A stretch of 59,344 nt of DNA, filler included, from Trypethelium eluteriae (Eukaryota), in assembly GCA_051942245.1 (NCBI GenBank). It is 2 parts of 2 records of this genome, joined end to end, with 100 filler letters (N's around TTAATTAATTAA, not from the genome) between each part and the next. Parts side by side here need not be neighbours in the genome. Positions count along the whole stretch, not along the records: positions 1 to 29,642 come from JAVECL010000290.1; 1 more part is not named here. One strand, given 5' to 3'. The position numbers and the translations under genes are program-made. The notes beneath the pieces were generated by a model that was not told the origin of the DNA, did not search any database, and saw only the letters and a program-made list of their open reading frames with translations. Of this stretch, positions 1 to 12,535 are shown in pieces (within the stretch, counting starts at the first letter, position 1; each line of letters opens with the position of its first letter).

Positions 1-344
1 CGGGAGAGGGGCGAGGTGGAGTGGTGGCGTTTGGGGTGGTAGTGCGTCGTTTGGACGGTGGTGGTGGTGGGGGAGGACTGCGGATTGTTGGAGCGGGGTT
101 TCGTGGTGGTGGTGGCGGCGGACGTGGTTATGGTGCGGGGATGAGACGCTGCTGTCGCTGCGTGGGATGTGGTTGGAGAGATAGGCGATGCTGAGGTCGA
201 GGTCGCGTGGGTATAGTTCGTTTGGGTGGAGGGCATGGCGGAGGAGGGAGAAGAGGCGGCCTTTTGGATGGCCGAGTGGGCGCGGAAGGCGGCGAGGAAG
301 TTGGAGAAGAAGGTGCGGTTGGTGGCGGTATTTGGGCCCGGCAT
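1..344 (-). CDS. Ser/Thr-rich fungal hypothetical protein, 3' end beyond the left edge
   Basis: ATG at 344 opens a stop-free frame to the window edge: MPGPNTATNRTFFSNFLAAFRAHSAIQKAASSPSSAMPST...; C-ending codon bias; absent from the ORF track because no stop lies in the window. Confidence 0.7.
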   Translation of the reverse strand, partial: MPGPNTATNRTFFSNFLAAFRAHSAIQKAASSPSSAMPSTQTNYTHATSTSASPISPTTSHAATAASHPRTITTSAATTTTKPRSNNPQSSPTTTTVQTTHYHPKRHHSTSPLS

Positions 345-1629
345 GGTGAAGGCTTGAGAGACTTGTCTTGGTGGGAGTGTCGCTCGTTGACGGTTGTAAA
401 GTATTATATGATTGAGATGGCTGCATGCACGATGCTTGATAATGCTCCGCGGTGCTCCATGTAGCTTCGAGTGCAGATTCTGTAGCCAGTCACGGCGCTG
501 CTATACGAGAATTTACATGGACGTTAATGGAAGTGTCCCGGTGAATCCGCAACCAGTATCGAGGAAGATGTAGTCAGCGAGGATTAGTTAGCTGTGGGAC
601 AGTGAGGTTATGGTTGAGGTTGAGGTTACCCGAGAGGATGTGGTAAGGATGACGAAAATCTTTCGGGATCCCGGTTTCGGCTTCTTCCCAACGCTTCGCT
701 GCTTCCTTCCGTCCTTTTTTGGTTCATGCAGAACATCCGAGACATGGGCTAGGCTCTAGGCTCACAGTGAAATGGGCTGTCCGTGGCGAATTCTCCATGT
801 TAGCTGATCATTACCAGTCCAGAGGGCGCTTCCTCTTCAAAGCAACCGTGACTTCGCCTTTTTCGCGCAACGAGGACTGCGGAGATGGTTCGAGAGTCTG
901 ATATTTCTCTGGTCCCAGTCGAAAGGACGAGAAGTACCTGAGTTTGGCAGCGAGTTCACATGCGCGGAAGAGCATTGCGGAAGCCTTTACAAACCCTACC
1001 CGCTGATTGGCAGCTTTGTATACCCAAAGCATAGAGCTTCTTTGGGGGCTATGAAACTCATAATACACTCCAACCGTCAACGATATTCGAAAAAACTGTA
1101 GGACGATGAGGATTATCAAGACAGCCTTTGAGATAATGGACTCCAATCAGGCTGGAATTATGTGACAAGCTAAATCGAGAGCGTCCAACCCTATCTGCAT
1201 GAGGTTTGACGGCGAACATATAGAATACTTGAAGAGCTCAAAACACGCAAGGTCTTGTCTTTAGGCTGAGGGGTGTGAGGACTATCAATCGGAATCTTGA
1301 ACCACCTCATGTGAAGCCCTCCTTGAAAGTGAGGAGTTGAGCGAGGCGTAGCCATGCCAAGAATCGATATGATCGGTGGTGGTATCTCCTAAGTCTAAGA
1401 AAAGGACAGTTTCCTTTGAGGGGTTCTAAAAGAAGATAGCATGATTATTGTACACTTGTTGTTTCCAGTAAAAGCTCAAACCGTCTAGCCCGAGACTCTT
1501 TCGACGCAACTAGGACGCTCTGCCTCGACCCTGCAACACTTTAGAAGGAATGCCAACCTCACAAAGTCTATCCTTGCTCTCTAGAACAAACTTTGAGCAG
1601 TATTGAGCTTAATTGAAGATCTTGAGTCG

Positions 1630-2164
1630 TCACTTCTGGTTTTGCGACGGGATCTCTTGCTGTGATCCCCATGGGTGAATCTCCGTGAACCCACTCGCAC
1701 GATGCCAAGTCGCCACCGACCGATGGCAGTTACCGCAAGAATGCTCGACATTCTTGCAGTAGTCAATGCAAAAAGGGATGCAGCCGAGCAAAAGGAGGAA
1801 ACAGCAGCCCGCAGCCCAAGCCCTAAATACCAGGCGTCAGTCTGCGCAAATTTTTCATGTGAAGATGTCTGACTCACAAAGTAACGCCACCAACTACTGT
1901 ATGGACTGTGCTGGTTGACTCCTGCTGACAGAAGGGACAGTGAATAGGGATTGGTCTTGGTCCGAAGGGCACTTCGTAGTCGACTCGTTGAGGTGGTGGA
2001 CGCATCTGAGGCGCATCCGTTGCATTTGGTGCTGGTGTTTTTGTCTCAGCACCATCATTTTGGATGGCTGATACGTAATTTGGTGGCTTCGATGGCCCTT
2101 GGTCCATATTATGAAGCTCGACAGGCTGGATTTCGCCCTGAGGAGGCTTGCTGTCGCTATTCAT
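1630..2164 (-). CDS. LITAF-like zinc-ribbon membrane protein (2 exons: 2164-1878, 1822-1630)
   Basis: Pro-rich N-terminus, then PIPIHCPFC (CxxC). After a GTGAGT..CTGAC..TAG intron comes hydrophobic LAWAAGCCFLLLLGCIPFC and VEHSCGNC (HxCxxC), the LITAF/SIMPLE layout. Confidence 0.9.
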
Positions 2165-4664
2165 CTTGAAAAGAATCGCGGATTTGCAAGGTAACAGGAA
2201 CTGGAGGAGGAACCACAAAATCAGAAACTCGAAGGAAGGTCGTTCTGGATAGATGAGCAAGTCAGTAAACCAAACCTATTCAGCAAACATGTGAAACAGG
2301 TTTTAGATTTCGTACGGCCGAGCTTGTGTGACTGTTGCAGAAAAGTGATCTTCTGCCCAGCACACTGTATTCACAGAGCTCACTGCGTAAAGTGATGAAC
2401 CTTGTCGCAATTTTGTCGTCCCCAGTTTATGTGTTCGTGATATGTAGCTGCTCACATCAGAATGGTCGATCGGTCGCCGAGAACTTCTCTAAATATCTTC
2501 TAAGAAGACGTTTCCGTTTTTTTTACGCCGTTATGCGGATGCTATCAATAAGGCAGCCATGCCCAATATGCCACTCTTGGCGCTTTCATTAGGATACTAT
2601 TTGCGTATCCAGTATTGTACAAGTAGATTCCAATGTTTTCTCTCTTCGAGATTCAAATGACTTCTTTCTCTAGGGCCCTAAATTTCTACCGAAATATACG
2701 TAAAGAATTATGACAACAGATACTGACCAACAACTGAAGCACGCGCGCAGCGTCTACTGGGCTCCCTGGACTCAGGACCCCGGGCAAAAAAGAGACGGGC
2801 GTAATGAAGCTCGTTCACTTCTTTGACATTCTTGAATAGAGTCTCTTCACCAACCGTAGCGTATTTGCCCTTGCAGAAAAAGTTTCAGTTGCGAGTACTC
2901 TTCAGCCTCCGCTATATCTTGAACAGGCGAACGCTATTAGGAAAGCTGCCATTCACACCAAAGACACACCTCGATGAGAAATTGATGTCTGTGAGGAGGA
3001 CTTCGCTGCCTGAGGAGTATTAAACTCGTATGTTTTGTGCCATCGCTCAAAGCTCTTGTGTACAATTGTGAATGATTTATTTTGTGGTAACGAGATTGAG
3101 AAATCCACAAACTTGGCACATTACGCCTTCGGAGCTGTACACTCTGCAATATTCGGTGGAGCCTATTGCATCAAGCTGCTAACGATTATAACCTGGAGGC
3201 TCCGCACAGTAAGTCAGCAGGTTCATCCCAGACCCTCTTGCCGTCGCACCACAGCAGAACCGTGCCAGCTACATGATCATAATAGAGGATATAGATCGTG
3301 GACGGCTGCTCGAGTCAGAAAAGAGGAAGACATCAGGGCCTTGTGCAAGACAAGGTGATGGTGTACCGTGTATGGCTTCCATGGCGTTTCCATCAGCTCG
3401 CATACGCTGAATTACCGATTACTCATACTCGCAGTTCACCTTCGTTCAAATAATGAGCAAGTCTCAAAGTGCAGGGTATACCAGCTATCTGGTGAAAGTC
3501 AAGGGTATGCTTGGAAATGCAAGGCCCTGTGCAGAAGTCCATCGGACATGCAAGATGTGCGGAAACAAAGCACTTTACGTGAACACATGAAGTTACAGAC
3601 GCGTCCTGACGGTGGAAAACTGTCTCGAAGGTTGGGGTTCAGTGACAAGGTGGCGATGCTGAGGCAACAAAGGACACCGCGATAGTCATAGAGGGTAGAA
3701 GGAAAGATAAAAATTGACGAAAACAACGGAAATTTGGCCGACTGATGTCGGAAGCGGAAGAGTTAGTAAGCGATTCTCGAGCGTGGTGCATGGGCACTTT
3801 GCCGAAAAAGGAAATTCCTTCTTACCGATAGGGATTTGCCAGGTCCAAGTTTGGGTGCTGTAAAACTATCTAGACGGTGGCGAAATGACTACCATTATCA
3901 GCAGAACCTACTATAACTCATGGTTGTTCTTTTACTAAAATCTCATTGGTCCCAAAAGCCGCTCTTTGCCCACTGAATGCTCATTTTGGCTCGGACTGGG
4001 CTTTAACGTCCATAGTTGATGTTCTTTCACCCCCGCGCCCAATGCTCATACATTTGCACCGAACGAGTTTGTCATCATGATCCGAGCATATCAAGCTACG
4101 TATTTATTTTTTGAAGGCCTCTCTTCGGTGACCAGAGAACTCGGCCGGTGATGACAAGGATATTGGTGAAGCCACAGTGGCGGCACGTGCAGCTTCAATT
4201 ACGTCCGTAATAACGTATTCGGGATGCCAAGCAGCTGTGCTGGAACAGGTACATCTTCATCTCAAAATCACTTCGTGGCATTGTTTCAAGTTCCTACGGT
4301 GATCAGGCACTGGGGCCCAAAGGATGATAGTGATATCCTCGCATTGCTCCACGTTCGCTATGAGATGTGACGCACATCCATGCGGGGAATTTCCGACCCT
4401 TCCCATGAAACCCGATGTCATCCTGCGAGTTCTCGGATCTGTCCTGTACATGGTGGAAGAGATAACTTCAAGATACTTGAAGATAGATGTAAGTCTTGAG
4501 AAATATACTCCAGGCTCAGCTCGTTTCTATTATCATTGAGAGAAGTTTTGAAGGGCGAATAGCAAGCATTCCCGAGATTTTATTCAACCCACAACACTCG
4601 AAGATAAAGAAGGAAAAAAAAAAAAAACATTAATATAAACCCTCGACTTACGCAGTCATCCAAC

Positions 4665-5363
4665 ATGTCTTTCACCAACAGTCTCGTTACTTTCCTCATA
4701 AGCGCGACACTTACGACGTTCACCTCAGCCGCTACGACCGGCTCTAACATGGTCGATCGTGATCAGGGATACTCCCAAATCAAGGCATCGAATGGTACCT
4801 GGGACAAAATGGCCAGCCTCTGCTATGGTGGTCAGTCCAAGCGCAACCTCGAAGTCCGTATCCCAGAGTGGCCTCCCATCACTCCAGCAGGCTTCACGCA
4901 AGTACGCATGGGCGAATCTAAGGGCGAGAAAGGCCCCCTCGGTCTATGGACTTTTGGCCTCTTCACTTGCCTCGGACTCGGTGTGACGGGCATACCGAAG
5001 AACCATACGGGCAATTCTCGTTTCTTAATGCACTTCATGGTCTCAGAGGGGAAGAAGGAGGATGATCAGTGGAATCCCTTTCATAAATTGGTCAAGGACG
5101 CCAGTCTCGAGAACATGAAGGGCTGGATGAGCATTCCTGACCTGTCCCAGCAACTTCCTGTAGGATGGTCAGACCTGGAAGCGGGATACGTGGATCTTGT
5201 GATCAAAAGAATGGTTCAGAAAATGACGGAGCTTACTGGCAAAGCCCCTAAGACTGTGGCCCGACCTATGGCCCTGGTAGTGAAACATCAACTCCCGCAC
5301 GGGACTATGCAGATTGATCGCAACAACGAAGTCGAGATGGATGGGTACAGGGTGACCCAGTGA
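4665..5363 (+). CDS. Secreted 232-aa protein with a CheD/CNF1-like Cys-His deamidase motif
   Basis: Intronless ORF with CAACATG start context and signal-peptide-like MSFTNSLVTFLISATLTTFTSA; dibasic SKR site; motif VRMGE-x11-TFGLFTC-x20-H. Coding status is well supported; the function is inferred. Confidence 0.75.
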   Translation: MSFTNSLVTFLISATLTTFTSAATTGSNMVDRDQGYSQIKASNGTWDKMASLCYGGQSKRNLEVRIPEWPPITPAGFTQVRMGESKGEKGPLGLWTFGLFTCLGLGVTGIPKNHTGNSRFLMHFMVSEGKKEDDQWNPFHKLVKDASLENMKGWMSIPDLSQQLPVGWSDLEAGYVDLVIKRMVQKMTELTGKAPKTVARPMALVVKHQLPHGTMQIDRNNEVEMDGYRVTQ

Positions 5364-6336
5364 GCGGCTCCTTCAATAGAGACTGTAAAGATTGGTATGC
5401 CATCAATGCAAATATACTCCTGTTTCCACTTGTAGAAATGATTGATGAAAGGGTGAATCACGCACGATCGAGCACGGACGCTTCTAATGTAGAATCAGTT
5501 CGTAAAAGTTCAAAAGTGTACGAAAGCCCAATTTAAGATTTTGTACTAGCCAGAAAGGGGGATGACATCGCCAATCTACTGTGATTAGAGTGCTCTCTAC
5601 TCACCAAGATCCATCCTCGTTGAGGATAAGAATTCTGAGCATCGAAATGAGCATGAGAAAGGGGGACAGGCATGCAAATGATGTTCAGACAAATTTCTTT
5701 CACAAGAGGGCCAATCGAGGTATTTTGAGCCGGCGTACTCCTGGAAAGTCATCGAGGAGAGTTCTCTTTTGGCAAGGAAATTAGCTAGTTTGCTTGGCTT
5801 ACCACTAGGTGACTCTTGGTGCTGTAGGATGGGTCAAGCAAGGAGGCTCCCGTTTCCGAGAACCGGTCGCGAAGCGTCGCAGCTGTGACGAATGTTGCTA
5901 ATCCCAGTGGTGTCGCTCCAACTCTTCACAAAGTTACGATGTCCAACGAGGTCCACCAACTTGTGGAGCCTTCAGCTATGTCAGGAAGCGTTCTATGGTC
6001 AGTACGTGCCCATAATCAGACGGACTTCTTCCGAATTTCGGGCAGAGTACGAAATTGCATATAGTCAAATCCATAAGTATTCATGAGCTACTTTGCGACT
6101 GAAGCCTACAGAGCGTAGTGGTGAAAGGTACGGGCGGTAGGACAAGTGTACCAAGTTCCAGTCGCTACTTCCGAGCGCGGAGCGAGATTTAGCCGGGGGA
6201 TTTCTCCGAGCACTTCACCACGGGAGCAGAGTAGCGCGGCTATCATTTCAACATTTTCAAGCTCCATGCAGTGGCACTCTGGCCAGCATCATTGTCGCGC
6301 AGGAATTCACTCAAGCTTACCCTTAAGTGGGTAGCT

Positions 6337-7698
6337 ATGGACAATGCGACGAAGCCTCGTTCTGACACGAACCCGGACTTAGAAGCAAACGTCAAGAAGC
6401 CATCGCGTCCAAACTATAGTCAAATTCACGCCAAAGCATTTCCTTTAGAAACCTATCCTCTCCCTGCTTTCATACCCCACAATCCATTATCAGCCCTCCG
6501 CATCATCTATCTCGTTCTCTCACAATTTTTCTTCCCACCAGTGTCACATCCCCCCGTTCTTCATAAAGCTTCCTTTTCGTCCAGTACACGTTCGGTCAAT
6601 GTGACTGATCCTGTAGCCATTCGTGCGCTTTGGGAGAACGGCTTCTTCGGAAAAGGAACGCTGAGTCGCAGTGAGCCGACATGGCTGGAGCGGGAAAAGC
6701 GAAGAAGGGGCTTTGAGATGATGGAGACGGCTGAGGAGGTCACCAACCGAAGGAGGGAGGAGAGGCGGGAGATGAAGAAGGAGAGAGCGAGAAAGGAGCG
6801 GGAATTGGTGGAAGAGCAATTGAAGAAGGAAGGAAAAGTGGCAATTGAGTCGAATGGAGCATTAGATTCAGATCGTGATCAGAATTTGGCGAATGGCGAG
6901 ATTCAGGAGCTCAAAAGACTAGCTTCAATGGACAGACCTGAAGCCGAGGGAATGGATGAACCCACAAAACATGGCTTGGACCCTTCTTCGTCTTCAAGCA
7001 TAGGCATCACGTTAGATGATCCTGATGCAGCCAAAGCAGATTTCGATAAGGGCTCTCCCGAGCTACAGGAGAAATTGGAGCTGGAAGCGGAGTTGATAAA
7101 AGATCAGGAGCACCTTCAACTAAGCTACGAGGAAGCCTTCTTTCTTACTTACGGTCTCGGTATTCTCGAAATCTACTCAGAGGAAACCCATGACCGCATC
7201 TCAAATCTCGACTTACTTAAGCTCTTCCGCCAGCACTCCTACTTCCCCACCCGCTCCTCCACTCTACAGCCCGACGACCCATTCCTACTCTCCTACATCG
7301 TCTACCATCACTTCCGTTCCCTTGGTTGGGTCGTTCGTGAAGGTCTCAAATTTGCCGTCGACTTCTTACTCTACAATCGCGGGCCCGTCTTCGCCCACGC
7401 CCAATTCGCTATCGTGATCATCCCCGCTTACCAACATCCATACTGGTCCGAGACCCCAGAGCGCGCAGCAGTGACAAGGAAGAAGGCCCGCAAGTCCTGG
7501 TGGTGGTTGCACGCCGTGAATCGGGTGCAGGCGACGGTGCGAAAAGACCTGGTGCTGGCGTATGTCGAGATCCCGCCGCCGGGTGAGAGAGACGGGGAGG
7601 TTGCTGCCGATGTGGAAGATATCGGCAAGTCGCTTAAGAGTTATAAAGTCCGCGAATTTGCGGTGAAAAGGTGGACGCCGAACCGGAATCGGGACTGA
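6337..7698 (+). CDS. SEN2: tRNA-splicing endonuclease subunit Sen2
   Basis: LWENGFFGKGTLSRSEPTW, EHLQLSYEEAFFL, YHHFRSLGWVVREGLKFAVDFLLYNRGPVFAHA, C-terminal RWTPNRNRD. First ATG at 6337; the ORF track starts at a GTG. Confidence 0.95.
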   Translation: MDNATKPRSDTNPDLEANVKKPSRPNYSQIHAKAFPLETYPLPAFIPHNPLSALRIIYLVLSQFFFPPVSHPPVLHKASFSSSTRSVNVTDPVAIRALWENGFFGKGTLSRSEPTWLEREKRRRGFEMMETAEEVTNRRREERREMKKERARKERELVEEQLKKEGKVAIESNGALDSDRDQNLANGEIQELKRLASMDRPEAEGMDEPTKHGLDPSSSSSIGITLDDPDAAKADFDKGSPELQEKLELEAELIKDQEHLQLSYEEAFFLTYGLGILEIYSEETHDRISNLDLLKLFRQHSYFPTRSSTLQPDDPFLLSYIVYHHFRSLGWVVREGLKFAVDFLLYNRGPVFAHAQFAIVIIPAYQHPYWSETPERAAVTRKKARKSWWWLHAVNRVQATVRKDLVLAYVEIPPPGERDGEVAADVEDIGKSLKSYKVREFAVKRWTPNRNRD

Positions 7699-8749
7699 CA
7701 GATTTGTTCGACTGAATTTCTGTACTTGATCGTGGGTATATGCTTGAGAAGGCAGATTCAGGCCAGAACAAACGTCGTTTGAGCGTTACCAAGAGTCTGT
7801 CCGTTCATGACGCTGCAGACATAGGAGTCTCCGATCGTTGGTCAATGTTTCTCCGTTCCTGAGTCTCGAGTATCGTCCGGAATCGTTTGCGGAAGAATGA
7901 AGGGCGCCTATCCACCGATGAGAACGGACACGTAGTGTCCTTCAACCACAATTAGGGCTCCGATGCCTAAGAAGCCCTTGCTTATTATGAAACATTGGCG
8001 CACCACGGTAGTCGATCTGATACAGTGTTGCGTGGCGAGCATACTCTTCTTTCGCTTCCCACTTGGGCCTCATGTAGACTCTCGACGAAGAGAATCCCTT
8101 TATAGCTTCCGGCCTTTTTCTCCCATACCAGAAACAGCCCGTAACCTATCTACTCAGCTGTATGGTAATGGACAGCCAGCATGCGTTGGAATTGCACGAA
8201 GTCAATGGACAATTCCTCATATTGGATCACCTTTGATGCAGTCGGCAAGGACGCCTGCATATCATCCTCCGAAAGCTATCGGCAACGTTAATGCATGGGC
8301 TCTTTACTCAATAGCCCCCATTTCGAGTTTCCATCAGGCGCTTAATATTGGTGAGTAAAGCATACTATCACCAATGGAAGAGATCACATCGAAATCAATA
8401 CTTGGAGAGGAGAGAATTAAGTTAGGAGATACTGTCATTTTTGGTCGCCTTCCAGCAGTGATTACACCATCGAGCTCATCACAGCCTGAGCGACCTATGT
8501 CTGGCCTCAGGTTCGACGGATGTAGAGAACGCTAAAGTCAATCAAAGCCCCTTGAGGGCAGTATTGTCCTTCGTGATCTTAGCCCACTTCGCAGTCTGAA
8601 CTCCAATCTTCTGCTGCATCTCCTCGTCACATACCGTTTGCTCTGATTCATCCTTTTTGAGCAGAATGAAACATCCACGCTCCCCGTCGTACGCCTTGTT
8701 GACGGCCAGCTCGACCATATCAATGCCTGCGGCAGATGAGAGGCGGAAC

Positions 8750-8950
8750 TAAGTTGAGCTTGTGGATGGAAGCTTTAGCATTTGGGTATTTCGAAATAAC
8801 GTCACGCAATATTTTAGTATTAGTATTAGCGGCGCCGGCGTTTCTGACGATGAAGACGGCAGCGAGCTCTAGGTACGCCTTCAGAAGATGCTCGGAGGCA
8901 TGCAAACCAGCCGAACCGTTAGCATCAGTGAGAATGACTGTGCCAGCCAT
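8750..8950 (-). pseudogene. N-terminal fragment of a short-chain dehydrogenase (Rossmann fold), decayed
   Basis: MAGTVILTDANGSAGLHASEHLL...AVFIVRN...ASIHKLNL resembles an SDR N-terminus (TGANG...LDL), but Gly is replaced by Asp in the nucleotide-binding loop and the ORF ends after about 75 aa with no recognisable catalytic half. Confidence 0.65.
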
Positions 8951-11001
8951 GTTCTGTCTGGTGCCGAACGAGCCGTCGTAACTCAACTATATCCATAGCT
9001 TCATAGCTTAGAGAGTCCCGAAGCTGAGAGAAGCTTGTTCTAGCTTGGAGCTTCGGGGAGAAGCCAACCAGTCATCTCACCGCTCTCCCATGAAAATTTT
9101 CAATAGACGTCGAAACGTACAGAAATTTAGAGTTAAACCCCTTTGTGTACCTCGAAGAGGCAGAGCTTACCACTTGTACTATTCTAGACTTTCGGACCCT
9201 GAGTTTGTGGCGGTGGTTAGGCAGCGATGTCCGGGTTACGTACCTCCAATTGAGCATGTACGGATTTTGAAGATATTGACTCGTTCGCAGGGAAACCTTA
9301 ATTGCCGCCCAAAACAAGTGCTAGTAGTGCATCGGTCTTCAGCTAGATATATGAAATGGTCATGAAAGAACATACCCCTGTCCTCCTCTCATTGACCGGC
9401 CGCCGAAATGCGGGGACGCAGGCACATCCCGCTACTGCAGGGCCCCTTCGAATATCACATCGACGGTGTCGACTATTCCGAGCGCATCTCTAGCGTTTCC
9501 ATGCAAAAGAGATTGTGGGGACGAATGAGAGAAGATCTTCGATCTTACCTTTGACTCCGGAAATATTCTCGCATATTCTTGCTATCCAGAGCCCCACTAC
9601 TAATGCCTCGAGTCTGATCCGTTACATATGTGTCACGTCATAACAGTAGAAGTAGTATAATGAAAAACAAGGAACTTATGAATGTAGATTGCTTTCGTTC
9701 TCAATTCTCGTCAAAAGTCTCACAGTTCTAGCTATGCCTGTGTCTTGAAGGCATCACTAAAAACTTATCTTTGTTCAGCTGGCCATTGGATAGACATTCG
9801 TAGGAACTGTGGATGGCGAGAGGTGCCTATCCGACGGGGAATGATTTCTTCGCAAGCCGTGGCAACCAGTCATAGTAAGTAAAGTTTATGAACATAGTGT
9901 TGGGTGCATCATTCTGACTCTGGCGCGTCAAGAGGTATAACTTGCGCTCATAAGAGAAGATGGAATGAGTTTCCGAAAGAAAAAAGACGACCATACCGAT
10001 TTCCACTATCAGTGTAATAAGAAATTGTAGGGGACTTCTAGAAAGGTTCGTTCGATCTTTTTGCGCTATGCTTAGAGAACTATGAAGCAGTCTCGCAAGG
10101 CAGAGCTAGTGCAACAAGATGAGACAATGCAACCCGCAGCTTTAGGAACATCGACTGTATGCATTTTTCTGGACTCGCAAATTTTTTTTTTCGTCTGATT
10201 CACATTCTCAGCGATTGCATAAAAAGAATTGTTCTGGATCGTTTCTGCATGCAAGCGAGCGCTGCTAATGACCGCACGCATTGATTTCACGATTCAGGGT
10301 CATGAAACTTCCATGACTCTTCTGACAAGACAAGCCGCAAGCACGTGGCAGGGTTAACCATAATTTCTCCGATCGCTGCGAACACCTCGTGCGATCTCCA
10401 CAGGGACTTGCGGGAGGCTACAGTCCCTGGCAAAGTTAGACATGTGTAACTTCCGGTCCTGATGGACGGCACAGAGTGTCGGAAGTCGCAGTGGACTTCC
10501 GATCGTCTCCTGCCGAGTGGGAACCAATTCCTTTGGTCATTAATGGAGAATTAAAATAAGATAGATGGCTTGATTAAGAGTTGCTGAAAGAGGGAGTTCG
10601 TCAATTCTTTTAATCTATCGACCCGAAGATCTCCACCTGTTCGATAGGCCTGGGTTCTCGGCTGGGAAGCAAGGATATCCTTTCTTCATTTCAACTCATT
10701 ATTTTGAAACGCACCGCGTTGACCCCACCACCCCGCTATGGAGATCTCCGTAACGTGGAAGATAAGGTTTCTTGCGTAAGCCGTTTTAGAGATGCTTTGA
10801 AGTCTGCCGCGTGGCGTCGAGGCGAAACGCAGTACGGTGACGTTCGTTGTTACGCCTCTGCTGGTACGTAACGTGTTTTGGTCCATGTGCAAGCCGTTGC
10901 ATAGAATGAATTTGGCGCTAGCGAGAGGAGAAGAGTTTTCAAAGTGACGTAACGTGCTTCAATCTTGTTCATGGGAGGCATGAGAAGATGTCGCGTAAGC
11001 T

Positions 11002-12027
11002 TCATTTCTTTCCCTTCCTCTTGGCTTTATCACCCTTGCCCTGCTCTTGAGCATCCTTGCCCTTCTCCACGAACCCACCTGTCACCAGTACATCCCGAGC
11101 CACGACCCCAATGCAACGGAATCTTTCCGGCCCCAGTAAGGTGCCACCAAACCATCTGGACACGACGACGACTACGTTCCATACGTCCAGCATCTGCATG
11201 AGCTTCAAGACTCGTCCCCCAGCTGCGCTTTCGCCGTCGTCATCGGAGTCCTGATATGTGACTTCGGTCTTCGCCTCAGCTTCAGGCCCAGTCTGAACAC
11301 GTATCCGCCAGGCAGTAATGTTGTGTGTGGCACGCGCGGCGCGTTTATCCGTACCAACAAGATGCGCAATGAAGGCGCGGGCTTCCGCCGGAGAAGCAAC
11401 TGCTGCGGCGCGAGCAAGGAACGTTGAATCTTTTACAGTGAGAGGCTCGGAGAGCGTCCATTGCGGCGACACGTTTTCTGGATGTAGCCGAGCGGGCGCT
11501 CCATCTGCTGCTGGATGGGTATCGGCAATTTGCGAAAAGCTGGTGCCTGCATCATAAGAGCCCTTGATCTGCTGATCTATATCGAGCTCTGGCGTCGTGT
11601 CTTTATGGCCCCCATGACTTTCTTCTTCTGTGGTGAAGATCGCCTCGCATTCCTCAACCAAATCATAGACGCAAGGTTCACCGGGCATCCATACTTTTTC
11701 TAGCGAATTCTTCACCACTTCCAGTAACCTTATGCTATCGCCCTTTCTAGTGCTCGCATCGCCCCCAGTCAAAATACCTGAAACATATGGGCATGTTTCA
11801 GGATAGGAAGCTGGGAAGGTGAGGCGCAGGCTTATTGAGGGCCGCGATGGGAGGCGAAGGACGCACGAGATGGGGGCTGTAGCGGACTTGTCCGTACTCT
11901 CCGCTCCTCCTTCTGGAAAACGGTCAGCATTGCGACTGGGGTCAGACGACGGAGAGACAGGAGCAAGAGTGTCGGGATCGAAGATTGCGTTGATGGAGGT
12001 AAGTTCATCCCCGAGTGTAGGATTCAT
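11002..12027 (-). CDS. YIH1: IMPACT/Yih1 family protein (RWD + UPF0029), Gcn2 pathway inhibitor
   Basis: RWD-like ELTSINAIF...FPASYP; STFLARAA, ATHNITAWR, DSDDDGESAAGGRVLKLM, VVVVSRWFGGTLLGPERF. Confidence 0.93.
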   Translation of the reverse strand: MNPTLGDELTSINAIFDPDTLAPVSPSSDPSRNADRFPEGGAESTDKSATAPISCVLRLPSRPSISLRLTFPASYPETCPYVSGILTGGDASTRKGDSIRLLEVVKNSLEKVWMPGEPCVYDLVEECEAIFTTEEESHGGHKDTTPELDIDQQIKGSYDAGTSFSQIADTHPAADGAPARLHPENVSPQWTLSEPLTVKDSTFLARAAAVASPAEARAFIAHLVGTDKRAARATHNITAWRIRVQTGPEAEAKTEVTYQDSDDDGESAAGGRVLKLMQMLDVWNVVVVVSRWFGGTLLGPERFRCIGVVARDVLVTGGFVEKGKDAQEQGKGDKAKRKGKK

Positions 12028-12535
12028 CGCAGAGGTTGCCTTTATTTTTGGTGGCAGGACCAGAGGAAGAACCGGTGACGTCGCGGGAAGAGCTACCTTA
12101 CCTTAATGACCCGTCTGATTGGGTCAGTTTTTGTTTGGATGTAGGAAACACGACAACATCAATGGGAAATCTCCATGCGTGAATTTCAAAAAGTATTGAA
12201 TTGGAGAATTAATAGTATTAAGGATAGTAGAGAATTGATAATAGACCGTATTCGGTAAATCATGATTCATCCACAGACCCATGCTAGAACGCTCTGAGCA
12301 GAGCAAGCTGCAGTATATCAACAATCATCTCCTGTATTGCCTACATATAAACCACCAGGCTTTTGTGGCATCGACAGAAGTCGCTGTGCAGACATGAATC
12401 CACCAAGAGCTTCCATATGTGCCGCTCCATAGCCATCAATGTACATGTTTCACTCAAATCAGAACGCCATTTCCGTGGTATCATAGCGAAGAAAACATGG
12501 ACAAGCAAAAGACCACACCATATTGAACCGCCATC

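Noticed and set aside
4614..4627. Poly-A run as a retroposition scar (also 16975-17002)
   Set aside because: It lies upstream of the gene with no target-site duplication or element body; more likely a promoter poly(dA:dT) tract.
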